From NCBI GenBank assembly GCA_964423885.1, contig CAYRGD010000002.1:82128-146127 (forward strand): a DNA stretch of 64,000 nt, in the 5' to 3' direction. Position 1 is the stretch's first letter, and each line of letters opens with the position of its first letter. Below the pieces are notes generated by a model. It worked only from the letters and a program-made list of their open reading frames with translations, was not told the origin of the DNA and did not search any database. Shown one piece after another: positions 18,424-28,408 of this stretch. The DNA comes from an uncultured Candidatus Saccharibacteria bacterium. GTDB taxonomy: Bacteria > Patescibacteriota > UBA1384 > JACPKC01. The position numbers and the translations under genes are program-made.

Positions 18424-19824
18424 TTAGAGCCGTTCGGCCTCGGCCGGGCCCATCGACCCGGGCGCGTAGCCGTGCAGCCCGTCGTCGGTTTTCGCCCATT
18501 CCGCAAGGACGTGGTCGAGGATCCGCCAGGATTCGAGTACCTCGTCGCCGGTCGTGAAGAGCGTATGGTCACCGCGGACCGCGTCGACCAGGACGCGTTC
18601 GTAGGCGTCCGGCTGCGGCTGGCCGTTGAAGCTGCGTCCGTACGAGAATTCCATCCCGGCGGACTCCAGCGCGTTGTCGAACCCGGGTTTTTTGACGCGC
18701 AGGTCGAGCTCGATCCCTTCGTTGGGCTGGAGCCGGAACGTCAGGACGTTGTGATGGGGCTGCGATTCGGTCGGTCGGAAGACGACGTGGACGTGCGTGG
18801 TTTTGGCGGCGAGCGCTTTACCGGTGCGCACCACGACCGGAATACCGCTCCAGCGCTGGTTTGCGACTGACAGCCGGACGGCGGCGAAGGTTTCGGTCCG
18901 CGACCGTGGGGCGTCCGCCTCGTCGCGGTAGCCGTCGTACTGGCCGCGGACAGTCTGTGTGGCGACCTGGTCGGGTTCGATCGTGGCGATCGCGTTGAGC
19001 AGCCGGAGTTTCTGCGCGTGGATATCCGCACTCGCTATCGAGACCGGCTGTTCCATGGTGACGAGCGCAAGCACCTGCAGGAGGTGGCTCTGGATCAAAT
19101 CCCGCAGCGCTCCGGTCATCTCGTAAAAATGCCCCCTCCCCTCGATGCCGATCCGCTCGGCCGCGACGATCTCGATCCGTTCGATGTGGCGGGCGTTCCA
19201 GATCGGTTCGAAGATCGGATTATTGAACCGGAACGCGAGGATGTTCTGGACGGTTTCCTTGGCAAGGTAGTGGTCGATACGGAAGAGCTGGGTTTCGTCG
19301 AAGTAGCCGCTCGTTTCGACGACGAGCTCTTGGGCGGACGCGAGGTCGAAGCCGAACGGTTTTTCAAGCAGTAGCCGGGTAGCGGCAGTGCCGTGCTGGC
19401 AACTGCGGTTATGGCCGTGCGATCCCAGCAGGCGGACGATCGGGAGCGCGACCTGGGGCGGGATCGACAAGTAGTAGAGCCGGTTCATGCAGACGCCGTA
19501 TTCGCCTTCGAGGGCGTTGAGGCGTTCGAGTAGCGCGTCGTAGGCAGCGCCGTCGGTGACGTCCATCCGCTCGAGACGGATCATCCGGCGGAGACGGTCG
19601 AGCACCGCGCTGTCTGCCCCGTTACCGTCAGGCGGCAGGTAGCCGACCAGGAATTCGTCGAGCGTCATCGCTTTGCGGGTGACGCCGACGATTACGGTCT
19701 GTTCATGGAGCAGGCCTTGTGCGACCAGACGGTAGAGCGCCGGCAGAAGCTTGCGTTTCGCCAGGTCGCCGGTAATGCCGAAGATCACGAAGATCGTGGG
19801 TTCCAGGGCCGGTTGTACGGTCAT
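18424..19824 (-). CDS. zwf: Glucose-6-phosphate 1-dehydrogenase
   Basis: IFGITGDLAKRKLLPAL, EKPFG, RIDHYLAKE and RDLIQSHLLQ. Confidence 0.96.
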   Translation of the reverse strand: MTVQPALEPTIFVIFGITGDLAKRKLLPALYRLVAQGLLHEQTVIVGVTRKAMTLDEFLVGYLPPDGNGADSAVLDRLRRMIRLERMDVTDGAAYDALLERLNALEGEYGVCMNRLYYLSIPPQVALPIVRLLGSHGHNRSCQHGTAATRLLLEKPFGFDLASAQELVVETSGYFDETQLFRIDHYLAKETVQNILAFRFNNPIFEPIWNARHIERIEIVAAERIGIEGRGHFYEMTGALRDLIQSHLLQVLALVTMEQPVSIASADIHAQKLRLLNAIATIEPDQVATQTVRGQYDGYRDEADAPRSRTETFAAVRLSVANQRWSGIPVVVRTGKALAAKTTHVHVVFRPTESQPHHNVLTFRLQPNEGIELDLRVKKPGFDNALESAGMEFSYGRSFNGQPQPDAYERVLVDAVRGDHTLFTTGDEVLESWRILDHVLAEWAKTDDGLHGYAPGSMGPAEAERL

Positions 19825-20729
19825 GACTGCTTGTTCAGCGAATGGCCGCCGAACTTGGCCCGCATGGCGGCCAGGAGCTTTGTCGCGAAAGTCGTGGCTC
19901 CTTGCTGGCTGTCGAGGCGGACCTGGAACGCGGCTTCGATCGCCGGCAACGGCAGGTTGCGCTCCTTGGCGGTTTCAAGCGCCCACCGGGCCTCGCCGGA
20001 TTCGGCGACGTAGCCGTCGATGCCATCGAGCGACGGGTTCTCGGTAAGGGCGTCGTGCGTGAGCTCGTTGAGCCACGACGTCACGACGCTCCGGTGCTGC
20101 CAGACGTCGCCGACCGCCGCCAGGTCGAGTCCGGGGTACGGCCCTTCCTTGAGTAACCGGTAGCCTTCGGCCAAGGATTCCATCATGCCGTACTCGACCG
20201 CGTTGTGCGTCATTTTGACGAAGTGGCCGGCACCGCTGGGGCCGAACCGATGGAAGGCGCCCCCTGGCTTGGCAAGCGCCTCGAACACCGGGGTAACCGT
20301 GGCGAACGCAGCGGCAGCGCCGCCGACCATGAGTGAAAAGCCGTTCGCGTAGCCCCAGATCCCGCCGCTCGTGCCGCTGTCGAGCAGTGTCGAACCGGCT
20401 GCGTCGACACGGGCCGCCCGCGCTGCGGTCAGTCGGTAGTCCGAATTGCCGCCGTCGACGAGGATGCTGCCTGCGGGCAGACGTTCCAACCATGCGTCGA
20501 GCTCGTGGTCGACGACATCGGCTGGCAGCATGAGCCAGAGGATACCGCGCTCGCCGCCGAACGCGTTGAGGACGTCGTCTTTCGTGTAGGCGGGTGTCGC
20601 GCCGTAGCCGGCCGCCTCGTCGATCGGGGCGCGGCTGCGGTTATGGGCAAGGACGGTGTGGCCGGCTTCCTGCAATTTGCGGGCGATCTGCATGCCCATC
20701 CTGCCTAAGCCGTGGATCGCGATCGTCAT
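19821..20729 (-). CDS. gnd: 6-phosphogluconate dehydrogenase (decarboxylating, short form)
   Basis: GLGRMG, DGGNS, SGGIWG, GAGHFVKMTHNAVEYG, SGEARW and MRAKFGGH. Confidence 0.94.
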   Translation of the reverse strand: MTIAIHGLGRMGMQIARKLQEAGHTVLAHNRSRAPIDEAAGYGATPAYTKDDVLNAFGGERGILWLMLPADVVDHELDAWLERLPAGSILVDGGNSDYRLTAARAARVDAAGSTLLDSGTSGGIWGYANGFSLMVGGAAAAFATVTPVFEALAKPGGAFHRFGPSGAGHFVKMTHNAVEYGMMESLAEGYRLLKEGPYPGLDLAAVGDVWQHRSVVTSWLNELTHDALTENPSLDGIDGYVAESGEARWALETAKERNLPLPAIEAAFQVRLDSQQGATTFATKLLAAMRAKFGGHSLNKQS

Positions 20730-21391
20730 ACTGCCTCCTTGGGTTGGTCGGTGATGATCGTACCACGCGGCAGGGTTTTCAGGAGTTGTGCCGGCTGTTC
20801 AGCCACGGAAAGCTCGTTGCTGCGCAGCCGTTCGAGCGCGGGCAGTTTCGCTGCACCGAACGCGCCCACGATCGTTATGGCCGCAGTGCCGAGCGCACGG
20901 GGCGTGAGCGTGATCCGGCGGAACCGGGGCGCATCGTAGCCCACGACCCATTCCTGGCTGTCGGCTGCGGGCGAATCGGGAAGGATGCCGGCGATATGGC
21001 CGTCGGCGCCCATACCCAGGAACGATACGACGGTGTCGGCGTCCGCGACCAGGGTCGCGACTCGTGCATCGGCATCCGCGACGGTGTCGGCGAACGGTTT
21101 GCCGGTAAGGATCGGCTCGAGGCGGGCGCTACCGAGCCGAAGGCCGGCTTGCTTGAGTGCATGGACATTGGAATCCGAATGTCCGACCGGGCCGTAGCGC
21201 TCGTCGCTCGGCAGGAGTGCCAGACGGTCGAGCCGTGCGTCCTGAAGCAGCTCCAGTACGCGGACGACCACGGGGACATTCGAGCCGCCCGGTACGATCC
21301 AGAGGACGCTGCCCTTGCCGAGGGCGGTGCGGAGCTCGCTCGTAAGCCGTGCGGCGAGCAGTTCGGTCGTCGCTGTGTAGTCGATGGTCAC
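20726..21391 (-). CDS. pgl: 6-phosphogluconolactonase
   Basis: GGS, DERY, SDSN, LGMGADGHIAGI and RITLT; in an operon with gnd-zwf. Confidence 0.88.
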   Translation of the reverse strand: MTIDYTATTELLAARLTSELRTALGKGSVLWIVPGGSNVPVVVRVLELLQDARLDRLALLPSDERYGPVGHSDSNVHALKQAGLRLGSARLEPILTGKPFADTVADADARVATLVADADTVVSFLGMGADGHIAGILPDSPAADSQEWVVGYDAPRFRRITLTPRALGTAAITIVGAFGAAKLPALERLRSNELSVAEQPAQLLKTLPRGTIITDQPKEAV

Positions 21392-21404
21392 ACGTGCAAT
21401 GATA

Positions 21405-22016
21405 CTAGAAGCCGAGCGATGTTTTCACGAGGACGACGTGGATCCGCCCCGGCTGCTCTTTCCGTAGTACAAGGAGTTTATTGAACGAGGTGTGGATACC
21501 GTACGCCTGTTGGGCCCGTGCGTCTTCGAGCGGCACGACATGGTTTTCGATCCGCTTGATGCCGTCCGCCAGGTCGTCGACCAGCTTTTGGGCGCCGACG
21601 ACGAACACGACATGGTCAGCGCCGTAGGCCTCGCCCGGGATTTGGCTGCCGCTTGCCGATGCGATCAGTAGCATACCGTCGCGGGTTACGGCGTGGACGC
21701 TGCCGACGGCGTACGAGGGAGCGGCCGTGACACGTTTCATCTCGGCTTTCTTGGTTGGATCTCCGGCAAGCGCCATCATCTGGCCACGGACCGATACGTA
21801 GTCGTCGCCGTTCAGGATGTCCGTGAGGCCGGTTTCCTGCAGGGTAGCTGACGTGTTCGTGAAGACGTCCGAACCCTTAGGAATGAGGGCGAGGACAGCG
21901 TTTTTGGCTGCGGAACCGTCTTCGACGACCTGCGTCGTGAACCCGTTCGCTTCGAGTGTAGCGGCGGTTGCCGTGAGTTGTTCGTCGCCGGCGATCCGGC
22001 CGTATTCGGTTGACAT
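21405..22016 (-). CDS. LUD-domain (LutC/YkgG-like) protein
   Basis: LEANGF, SATL, SVHAVTRDG, SGSQ and VVGAQKLV. Confidence 0.8.
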   Translation of the reverse strand: MSTEYGRIAGDEQLTATAATLEANGFTTQVVEDGSAAKNAVLALIPKGSDVFTNTSATLQETGLTDILNGDDYVSVRGQMMALAGDPTKKAEMKRVTAAPSYAVGSVHAVTRDGMLLIASASGSQIPGEAYGADHVVFVVGAQKLVDDLADGIKRIENHVVPLEDARAQQAYGIHTSFNKLLVLRKEQPGRIHVVLVKTSLGF

Positions 22017-22023
22017 GCGGCTC

Positions 22024-22092
22024 CTTATACTTTACAAAATAAACGATTGATACGATTAACGTACCACTATACTTGATTTTGTAAAGTATAAG
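22024..22092. promoter_or_regulatory. Perfect 17-bp inverted repeat; candidate HxlR operators
   Basis: CTTATACTTTACAAAAT at 22024-22040 and ATTTTGTAAAGTATAAG at 22076-22092; nested TATACTT-N9-AAGTATA. Confidence 0.7.
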
Positions 22093-22095
22093 CGT

Positions 22096-22401
22096 ATGAC
22101 TTCCAGACAAATCAGCGATCTCAAGAAGGCGCTTGGTATCGTCGGCGACAAGTGGTCACTGACGATCCTCATGCAGCTGCACGAACACGGACCGCGCCGG
22201 TTCGGCGACTGCCAGAAGGCGGACGGCATCAACACCAAGACGCTGACCCAGCGGCTGCAGGCGCTTGAGCAGGCAGGACTCATCGAGCGGCACGAGTACC
22301 GCGAGTATCCGCCACGTACCGAATACAGCATTACCGGCAAGGGAGCGGCGCTCGTGCCGGTATTCGAACGGCTTGCCGAGTGGGGCAAGACGTATCTTTG
22401 A
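22096..22401 (+). CDS. HxlR-family winged-helix regulator
   Basis: VGDKW, RRFGD, LTQRLQALE and PPRTEYSITGKG. Confidence 0.92.
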   Translation: MTSRQISDLKKALGIVGDKWSLTILMQLHEHGPRRFGDCQKADGINTKTLTQRLQALEQAGLIERHEYREYPPRTEYSITGKGAALVPVFERLAEWGKTYL

Positions 22402-22408
22402 AACATAC

Positions 22409-22433
22409 AAGCGCCCTCGTATCGAGGGCGCTT
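22409..22433. terminator. Hairpin terminator between hxlR and tRNA-Lys
   Basis: AAGCGCCCTCG-TAT-CGAGGGCGCTT. Confidence 0.7.
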
Positions 22434-22448
22434 ACGTTCAGTATTGCA

Positions 22449-22523
22449 TGGAGGGCCTGATGGGGATCGAACCCATGACACGAAGCTTAAAAGGCTCCTG
22501 CTCTACCACTGAGCTACAGGCCC
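22449..22523 (-). tRNA. tRNA-Lys(TTT)
   Basis: GGGCCTG acceptor stem, loop CTTTTAA, GGTTCGATCC, encoded CCA. Confidence 0.95.
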
Positions 22524-22570
22524 GTACCGATCGGTGACTATACCGTACGCGTGCCGGTCGGGGCAAGGTG

Positions 22571-23092
22571 TCAGGCGCGTAGGAACGGGTTGCGGTTCCA
22601 CCCGAAAAAGATCAGGCAGGCCACCGGTGCCAACAGCCACCAGACGTGATGGCCCACCAGGAAGGCGGCCATGGTCGACTGGCTGACCATCGACGCGGCA
22701 GCGTCGGCCGGCATGAACGACATGATCGTGGTAGCGATGAGCGCGGTATTCAGGAAGCTGTACAGGAACACCTCGACGGGGGATAGCAGTCCGCGGCCGT
22801 CGCCGCCGCCGGACAAGCCGCTTTTGGTGATCATGAGGATGAGGACGAGCAGGAAGATGCCGGCTTTGATCGTGAAGGGGGATACCTGCGAGCTCACGAA
22901 GAACGAGTTGATCGTCCGTTCGCCGGCGAAGAATTTGCCGATTGGGTCGTTGAGCAGGTTCGTAAGCACGGTCGCGACGTAGATGCTCACGAGCGTGACG
23001 ACCGTCCGTTCGCGTTGCAGCATCATGCCGTAGGCGATGCCCGCGATGAAGAAGACGATGAAGAACAGATTCCAGCTGGGTGCCACGACCAT
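22571..23092 (-). CDS. Multi-pass membrane protein (CvpA-like topology)
   Basis: About five hydrophobic segments; AAGGAGGGG RBS and TGCTATACT promoter upstream. Confidence 0.75.
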   Translation of the reverse strand: MVVAPSWNLFFIVFFIAGIAYGMMLQRERTVVTLVSIYVATVLTNLLNDPIGKFFAGERTINSFFVSSQVSPFTIKAGIFLLVLILMITKSGLSGGGDGRGLLSPVEVFLYSFLNTALIATTIMSFMPADAAASMVSQSTMAAFLVGHHVWWLLAPVACLIFFGWNRNPFLRA

Positions 23093-23125
23093 CCCCTCCT
23101 TACGCGTTACCAGTATAGCAGATGT

Positions 23126-23707
23126 TCAGAGCCCGGCATCGCGCAACTGCTCGATCGCCGCCCGCTGCTTGGCATTGAGGCGTTTCGGGTAGTCGATCCG
23201 CACGACGACGATAAGGTCGCCACGGCCGCCGCGGTACGGCATACCCATGCCGCCGAAACGGAACGCCTGGCCGTCTTGAGTGCCGGACGGGAGCGTGAGT
23301 TCGACCGGCTCGCCCTGGTTGGTCTGGATGTGGAGCGTGCCGCCGAGCAACGCCTGGCTCAGCTTGATGCGCACCTCGGCCTGGACCTGCGAGAACGCCT
23401 GGCCGAACATCGACTCGAAGATATCGGCGAAGCCGCCGAATCCGGCTTGGCTCCCGCCGCGGAAGATATCGTCGTAGCTGCCGCCGAAGCCGGGCCCGTT
23501 GCCGACGGTGCCGAACTGGTCGTACTGCGCCCGCTTCTGCTGGTCTGCCAAGACTTGGTAGGCCTCGCTCACTTCCTTGAACCGCTCGGAATCGCCGCCC
23601 TTGTCGGGGTGGTACTGCTGGGCAAGCTTGCGGTAGGCGCGTTTGATCTCGTCGGCCGAGGCACCGCGATCCACCCCCAGGATCTTGTAGTAGTCCTTTT
23701 GGGGCAT
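23126..23707 (-). CDS. dnaJ: Short J-domain co-chaperone (J + G/F + single C-terminal subdomain)
   Basis: [16 protein letters not shown]-rich linker, ALLGG and GRGDL; no zinc finger; start MPQKD at 23707. Confidence 0.85.
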   Translation of the reverse strand: MPQKDYYKILGVDRGASADEIKRAYRKLAQQYHPDKGGDSERFKEVSEAYQVLADQQKRAQYDQFGTVGNGPGFGGSYDDIFRGGSQAGFGGFADIFESMFGQAFSQVQAEVRIKLSQALLGGTLHIQTNQGEPVELTLPSGTQDGQAFRFGGMGMPYRGGRGDLIVVVRIDYPKRLNAKQRAAIEQLRDAGL

Positions 23708-23718
23708 AGGGTACTCGC

Positions 23719-24486
23719 TTACGGGGTTTGGGTGGTCGTGCTCGTACTGCCTGAGCCGGTCGACGTCGAGGTTGACGCGGCGCGGTCGGGTACCAGTTGC
23801 GTACCCTGCTCGTCGACGACGCCGCCCAGGAACGGGTTGATGAGCAACGACAGGCTTTGGCCGGCGGCGGTATCGTACTGGACTGTCCACCAGAGCCAGC
23901 CGCGCGGCGTCCGGTTTGACAGGTAGACTGTGATCTGCGGGTTCGGGTTCGCGGTTCGGAACGTGGCGCCGCCGTTCTGTTCGGCGAGTTGGAGCGCTTG
24001 GACGAAGTTCATCGACCAGTAGTCGACGTTGATGGGTGTGAGCTTGTCCCCCAAGTAGTCGGCCTTCGGGATGATCGCCCGGACGGATTTGTTCTTCGCC
24101 TCGGCGTACGAGTAGGTGAACCAGTTGTCGAGGTCACTGGCCGAGCCGAAGACGTAGACCTCGTTGCCGGTCTGAGGCGCCAGGCTCGTGCCGAGCGTAA
24201 CCGAGACGTAACTGACGACCGCGTCGGCGTGCCAGGCCTTGGCAGCGGCCACGGCCAGGGCGTAATGCGCGTTCAGCTCACTGTCGAAGCCGCTCGGCGA
24301 CAGCGATGTCAGGTCGGACACGGTCGGGGTGGTGCTGGTGCCGTCCGTCGCGGTGTTGCCGGTATCCGTGCCCGTCTGCGTATCCGTGTCCGTTGCCGCG
24401 TTCTGTTTCAAACAGCCGGTCAGGCTGACTGCCACAAGGAACAGGACGCCGATCCGTAATCCGAGCTGTGCCGCGCGTCCGCCCAT
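23719..24486 (-). CDS. Putative lipoprotein of unknown function
   Basis: Signal peptide with lipobox LTGC, Thr-rich linkers, aromatic core; AAGGGG RBS. Confidence 0.75.
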   Translation of the reverse strand: MGGRAAQLGLRIGVLFLVAVSLTGCLKQNAATDTDTQTGTDTGNTATDGTSTTPTVSDLTSLSPSGFDSELNAHYALAVAAAKAWHADAVVSYVSVTLGTSLAPQTGNEVYVFGSASDLDNWFTYSYAEAKNKSVRAIIPKADYLGDKLTPINVDYWSMNFVQALQLAEQNGGATFRTANPNPQITVYLSNRTPRGWLWWTVQYDTAAGQSLSLLINPFLGGVVDEQGTQLVPDRAASTSTSTGSGSTSTTTQTP

Positions 24487-24505
24487 AGTCCCCCTTGTGT
24501 CGCTG

Positions 24506-26398
24506 CTAGGCTGCCGGTTGGTCATCGGCGGGTGGAGCCGTATCAGTGTCCGGTGTGGTGCCGTTGTCCGATGCCGGGCCGGCCGGCGCCTCGCCTGCTG
24601 CCTCGTAGGCGTGGCTGCCTACTTCGGACAGCTTCTGCTCAAGCGCCGTTGCCGCCGCCTCGATCGCCGCCGCGTCGTCGTTCGCGATTACGCCGCGGAC
24701 CGCCAGGACCGCATCCTCGACCCCCCGCTTGTCCTCGGGCTTGGTCTTGTCGCCCAGGTCTTTGAGCGTTTTCTCGGCCGAGTACACGAGGCTGTCGGCT
24801 CGGTTGCGGACCTCGATCAAGCTCTTGCGCGCCTTGTCGTCGGCCTCGTGCGCCTCGGCGTCCTTGCGCATCTGTTCGATCTCTTGCTCGGACAGTCCCG
24901 ACGACGATTGGATCGTGATCTTCTGCTCTTTGCCGGTGGCCTTATCCTTGGCCGACACGTTGAGGATGCCGTTGGCGTCGATGTCGAAACTCACTTCGAT
25001 CTGCGGGACGCCGCGCGGTGCCGGCGGCAGGCCGTCAAGCATGAACTTGCCGAGCGAGCGGTTGTCGGTCGCCATCGGCCGCTCACCTTGCAGCACGTGG
25101 ACCTCGACTGAGGTCTGGCTGTCACCGGCGGTCGAGAACGTCTGCGCCTTCGACGTCGGAATCGTGGTGTTCCGCTCGATGAGCGGGGTCATGACGCCGC
25201 CGAGTGTTTCCAGGCCGAGCGTCAACGGCGTGACATCGAGCAGGAGCAGGTCCTGCACTTCGCCGCCCAGGACGCCGCCTTGGATGGCCGCGCCGAGCGC
25301 CACGACTTCGTCCGGGTTGACGCCTTTGTGCGGTTCGCGCCCGAAGATATCCGTGACCATCTTTTGGACCATCGGCATGCGGGTCTGGCCACCGACCAGG
25401 ATCACTTCGTTGATATCGTTCTTGGTGAGCTTGGCGTCGGCGAGCGCCTGTTCGCAGGGCTTGCGTGTCCGTTCGACCAAATCGCCCACCAACTGCTCCA
25501 GGCGGGAGCGCGTCAGCTTCATCACCAAATGCTTCGGCCCCGAGGCGTCGGCGGTGATGAACGGCAGGTTAATTTCAGTTTCCATGTTCGAGGACAGCTC
25601 GACCTTGGCTTTTTCGGCCGCTTCTTTGATCCGTTGGAGCGCCATGGCGTCTTTGCTGAGTTCGATCCCCTCGTTCTTCTTAAATTCCGCCAGGATCGCA
25701 TCCATGACCGCGTGGTCGAAATCGTCGCCGCCCAGGTGCGTGTCACCGGCGGTCGCCTTGACTTCGAACACGCCGTCGCCGATTTCGAGGATCGTTACGT
25801 CGAAGGTCCCGCCGCCCAAGTCGTAGACGGCGATCTTGCCTTCTTTCTGTTTGTCGAGGCCGTAGGCGAGTGCCGAAGCGGTCGGTTCGTTGATGATCCG
25901 TTTGACGTCGAGGCCGGCGATCTTGCCCGCGTCCTTCGTAGCCTGGCGCTGCGCGTCGTTGAAGTAGGCCGGAACGGTGATGACGGCATCGGCCACCGGT
26001 TCTCCCAGGTAGGCTTCGGCATCGGCCTTCAGTTTTTGCAGGATAAAGGCCGATACCTCTTGCGGTGAATATTCCTTGCCGCCCATGAGCACGCGGACCG
26101 AGCCGTCGGCCGCTGCCTGGAGCTTGTACGGGACAAGGCGCTTGGTCTGTTCGACCTCGGCCTCGTCGAACCGGCGGCCGATGAAGCGCTTGACGGAAAA
26201 GACGGTGTTTTCCGGATTCGTGATCGCTTGGCGTTTGGCGATCTGCCCGACCAGGCGTTCGCCGCTCTTGTTGACTGCCACGATCGACGGCGTGGTGTTG
26301 TTGCCTTCGGCAGACGGGATCACCTTGGGCTTACCGCCTTCCATGACCGCGACGACCGAGTTGGTGGTACCGAGATCGATACCGATGATTTTTGCCAT
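24506..26398 (-). CDS. dnaK: Chaperone DnaK
   Basis: [25 protein letters not shown] and PRGVPQIEV. Confidence 0.99.
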   Translation of the reverse strand: MAKIIGIDLGTTNSVVAVMEGGKPKVIPSAEGNNTTPSIVAVNKSGERLVGQIAKRQAITNPENTVFSVKRFIGRRFDEAEVEQTKRLVPYKLQAAADGSVRVLMGGKEYSPQEVSAFILQKLKADAEAYLGEPVADAVITVPAYFNDAQRQATKDAGKIAGLDVKRIINEPTASALAYGLDKQKEGKIAVYDLGGGTFDVTILEIGDGVFEVKATAGDTHLGGDDFDHAVMDAILAEFKKNEGIELSKDAMALQRIKEAAEKAKVELSSNMETEINLPFITADASGPKHLVMKLTRSRLEQLVGDLVERTRKPCEQALADAKLTKNDINEVILVGGQTRMPMVQKMVTDIFGREPHKGVNPDEVVALGAAIQGGVLGGEVQDLLLLDVTPLTLGLETLGGVMTPLIERNTTIPTSKAQTFSTAGDSQTSVEVHVLQGERPMATDNRSLGKFMLDGLPPAPRGVPQIEVSFDIDANGILNVSAKDKATGKEQKITIQSSSGLSEQEIEQMRKDAEAHEADDKARKSLIEVRNRADSLVYSAEKTLKDLGDKTKPEDKRGVEDAVLAVRGVIANDDAAAIEAAATALEQKLSEVGSHAYEAAGEAPAGPASDNGTTPDTDTAPPADDQPAA

Positions 26399-26427
26399 AG
26401 TGTGCCTCTTTCTACCCTCCGCCGGTG

Positions 26428-26910
26428 TCAGGCCGCTGCAGGTTTGCCAGTGCTCACCACGACCTTGGCCGGTTTGACTATTGTATCACGATAGCGGTAC
26501 CCCGCCTCGACTTCCTGGCTGACGTGGTCGGCGGGTACGGTGTCGTCCGGCAGCTGGCTCATCGCCTCGTGTTCGGCCGGGTTGAACGGTGCGCCGACTA
26601 CCTCGATTCGCTCGAGCTGGTTCGTGCGGAGCAGGTCTTCGAGCTGTTTCTGGATCTGCTCGATCCCGGTCCGCCAGGCGGCGCTGTCATCGCTCTGCGC
26701 GAGCGCCCGCCGAAAGGTGTCGACGATCGGGGCGAGCTTCAAGAGCGTGTCCATCGTCGCGAGCTGCCAGAGATCGGCCCGCTCTTTGTCGCTCCGTTTC
26801 CGGTAGTTGTCGAAGTCGGCCTGGCAGCGTCGCAGCTGCTCGGTAAGCCGTTGCAGCTCGTCGGGCGTATCCTGCGGCGCGTCGGATGTGTCGTGCGGCG
26901 TGTCGGTCAT
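26428..26910 (-). CDS. grpE: Nucleotide exchange factor GrpE
   Basis: [19 protein letters not shown] and GYRY...VKPAKVVV; start 26910 follows GGAG. Confidence 0.95.
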   Translation of the reverse strand: MTDTPHDTSDAPQDTPDELQRLTEQLRRCQADFDNYRKRSDKERADLWQLATMDTLLKLAPIVDTFRRALAQSDDSAAWRTGIEQIQKQLEDLLRTNQLERIEVVGAPFNPAEHEAMSQLPDDTVPADHVSQEVEAGYRYRDTIVKPAKVVVSTGKPAAA

Positions 26911-26962
26911 GGCAACTCCATTCGAAGAGGACATGGTACACTCGGGGTACGGAAGGGGTCAA

Positions 26963-28408
26963 GTGGCCAAACCGGTTGCACCGCCGCTGTTCGGGATATC
27001 GCTCGTGCTGCTTGCGGGCATGACGCTCGGCAGTACCGGCCGGAGCGGGTTGCTGCCAGGGGCGCTGGCCGCCGTGAGCGTGATCGGCTGCGCCGGACTC
27101 GTCGCAGGATCATGGCTGCCGGCGTGGGCACGCCGTGGGGCGTTGCTTGCGGTCTGCGCTGCGCTCGGATGCGCCTATGCTGCGGTGCGAACCGATCGGA
27201 TTCCTATGGTCGCAGCCGAGACCGAAGCATCGGCTGCGCGGGCCGTCGTCGTGTCGATCGCGAGCTTTTCGGGTGAGCAGCAACGCTTCTGGGCGGACCT
27301 GCCGGCGCTCGACCCGCCGATCCGGGTGCGCGTCACGGTCCGTTCAACCGAGACGTACCCGTACGGCAGCGTCCTACGGATCGACGGGACGTTGGTGCCG
27401 GCAGGTCCCAGTTCGGACGGCTTCAACGAAGCCGGGTTCCTGCGGGCTCATGACGCGGCGGGCAAGTTGCTGGCCGACAGTGTGAAACCGACCGGCGAGC
27501 GTGCCGGCAACCGGTTCCTGCGTGCGCTCCACGATATCCGCTCCTGGCTGCTCGACCGCTTGGATCCGATCGCCCAGGCCGAGCGGCAAGTGGCGGCCGG
27601 GGTGGTGCTGGGCGACACCGCGTCGCTGTCCGACCGGCTTGAGGCGATGTTTGTCCGGACCGGGACGACACACATGCTCGTGGCGAGCGGTGCCAACGTG
27701 GCGATCGTGGCCTGGATGATCGAGCGGCTACTTCGGCCGTTCGGGGTGCGTGTTGCCCTGGCTGCAACTGCCCTCGCGGTACTCGGTTTCGTCGTGCTTG
27801 CGGGCGGCGAGGCGTCGATCGTGCGGGCCGCGTTCGCGTATTTTGTGGTCGTGCTTGCCAAGCAGTCCGGCCGGCCGGTCCACCAGCCGACGCTGCTTGC
27901 AGCTGTCGCGTTCGTCATGGTCGCCTTGAATCCGTGGTCGGTGCTCTACAACGCCTCGTTCCAGCTGTCGTTCGCCGCCATCGTGGGCCTTGCGGTGCTG
28001 GGTAACTGGATCGCATCGTTCGCGCCAGTTTGGTGGTTCAAGGAATTCCTGGCACCGACGCTCGCCGCCGAGCTGGCGACGCTGCCGATCCTGCTCTATT
28101 CCTTCGGCCAGCTAAGCCCTATCTCGCCAGTAGCCAACTTGCTGGCCTTGCCGCTCATTCCGGCGATCATGGTCGGCGGGGTAGCGACACTCGCGGTGCC
28201 GTGGTTTCGTCCGATATCCTGGCTGACCGAAGGGATCGCGACAGTCCTTATTCGCATTATCGGGTTCTTCGCGGCGTTGCCGTGGGCGAGTGTGCCTGTC
28301 GACCGGTACCGGTCGGCGGTCGCCGCAGGCGCATTCCTGCTTTTTGCGATTGCGGTCTGGTGCCGGCACCGGTGGCCGCGGACCGCCAAGGAGGACGATG
28401 TCGGCTAA
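26963..28408 (+). CDS. comEC: ComEC competence membrane protein (DUF4131 + Competence domain)
   Basis: TGTTHMLVASGANV, SIVRA, NP and SFQLSF; GTG start chosen after AAGGGG and a TGGTACACT -10. Confidence 0.9.
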   Translation: MAKPVAPPLFGISLVLLAGMTLGSTGRSGLLPGALAAVSVIGCAGLVAGSWLPAWARRGALLAVCAALGCAYAAVRTDRIPMVAAETEASAARAVVVSIASFSGEQQRFWADLPALDPPIRVRVTVRSTETYPYGSVLRIDGTLVPAGPSSDGFNEAGFLRAHDAAGKLLADSVKPTGERAGNRFLRALHDIRSWLLDRLDPIAQAERQVAAGVVLGDTASLSDRLEAMFVRTGTTHMLVASGANVAIVAWMIERLLRPFGVRVALAATALAVLGFVVLAGGEASIVRAAFAYFVVVLAKQSGRPVHQPTLLAAVAFVMVALNPWSVLYNASFQLSFAAIVGLAVLGNWIASFAPVWWFKEFLAPTLAAELATLPILLYSFGQLSPISPVANLLALPLIPAIMVGGVATLAVPWFRPISWLTEGIATVLIRIIGFFAALPWASVPVDRYRSAVAAGAFLLFAIAVWCRHRWPRTAKEDDVG

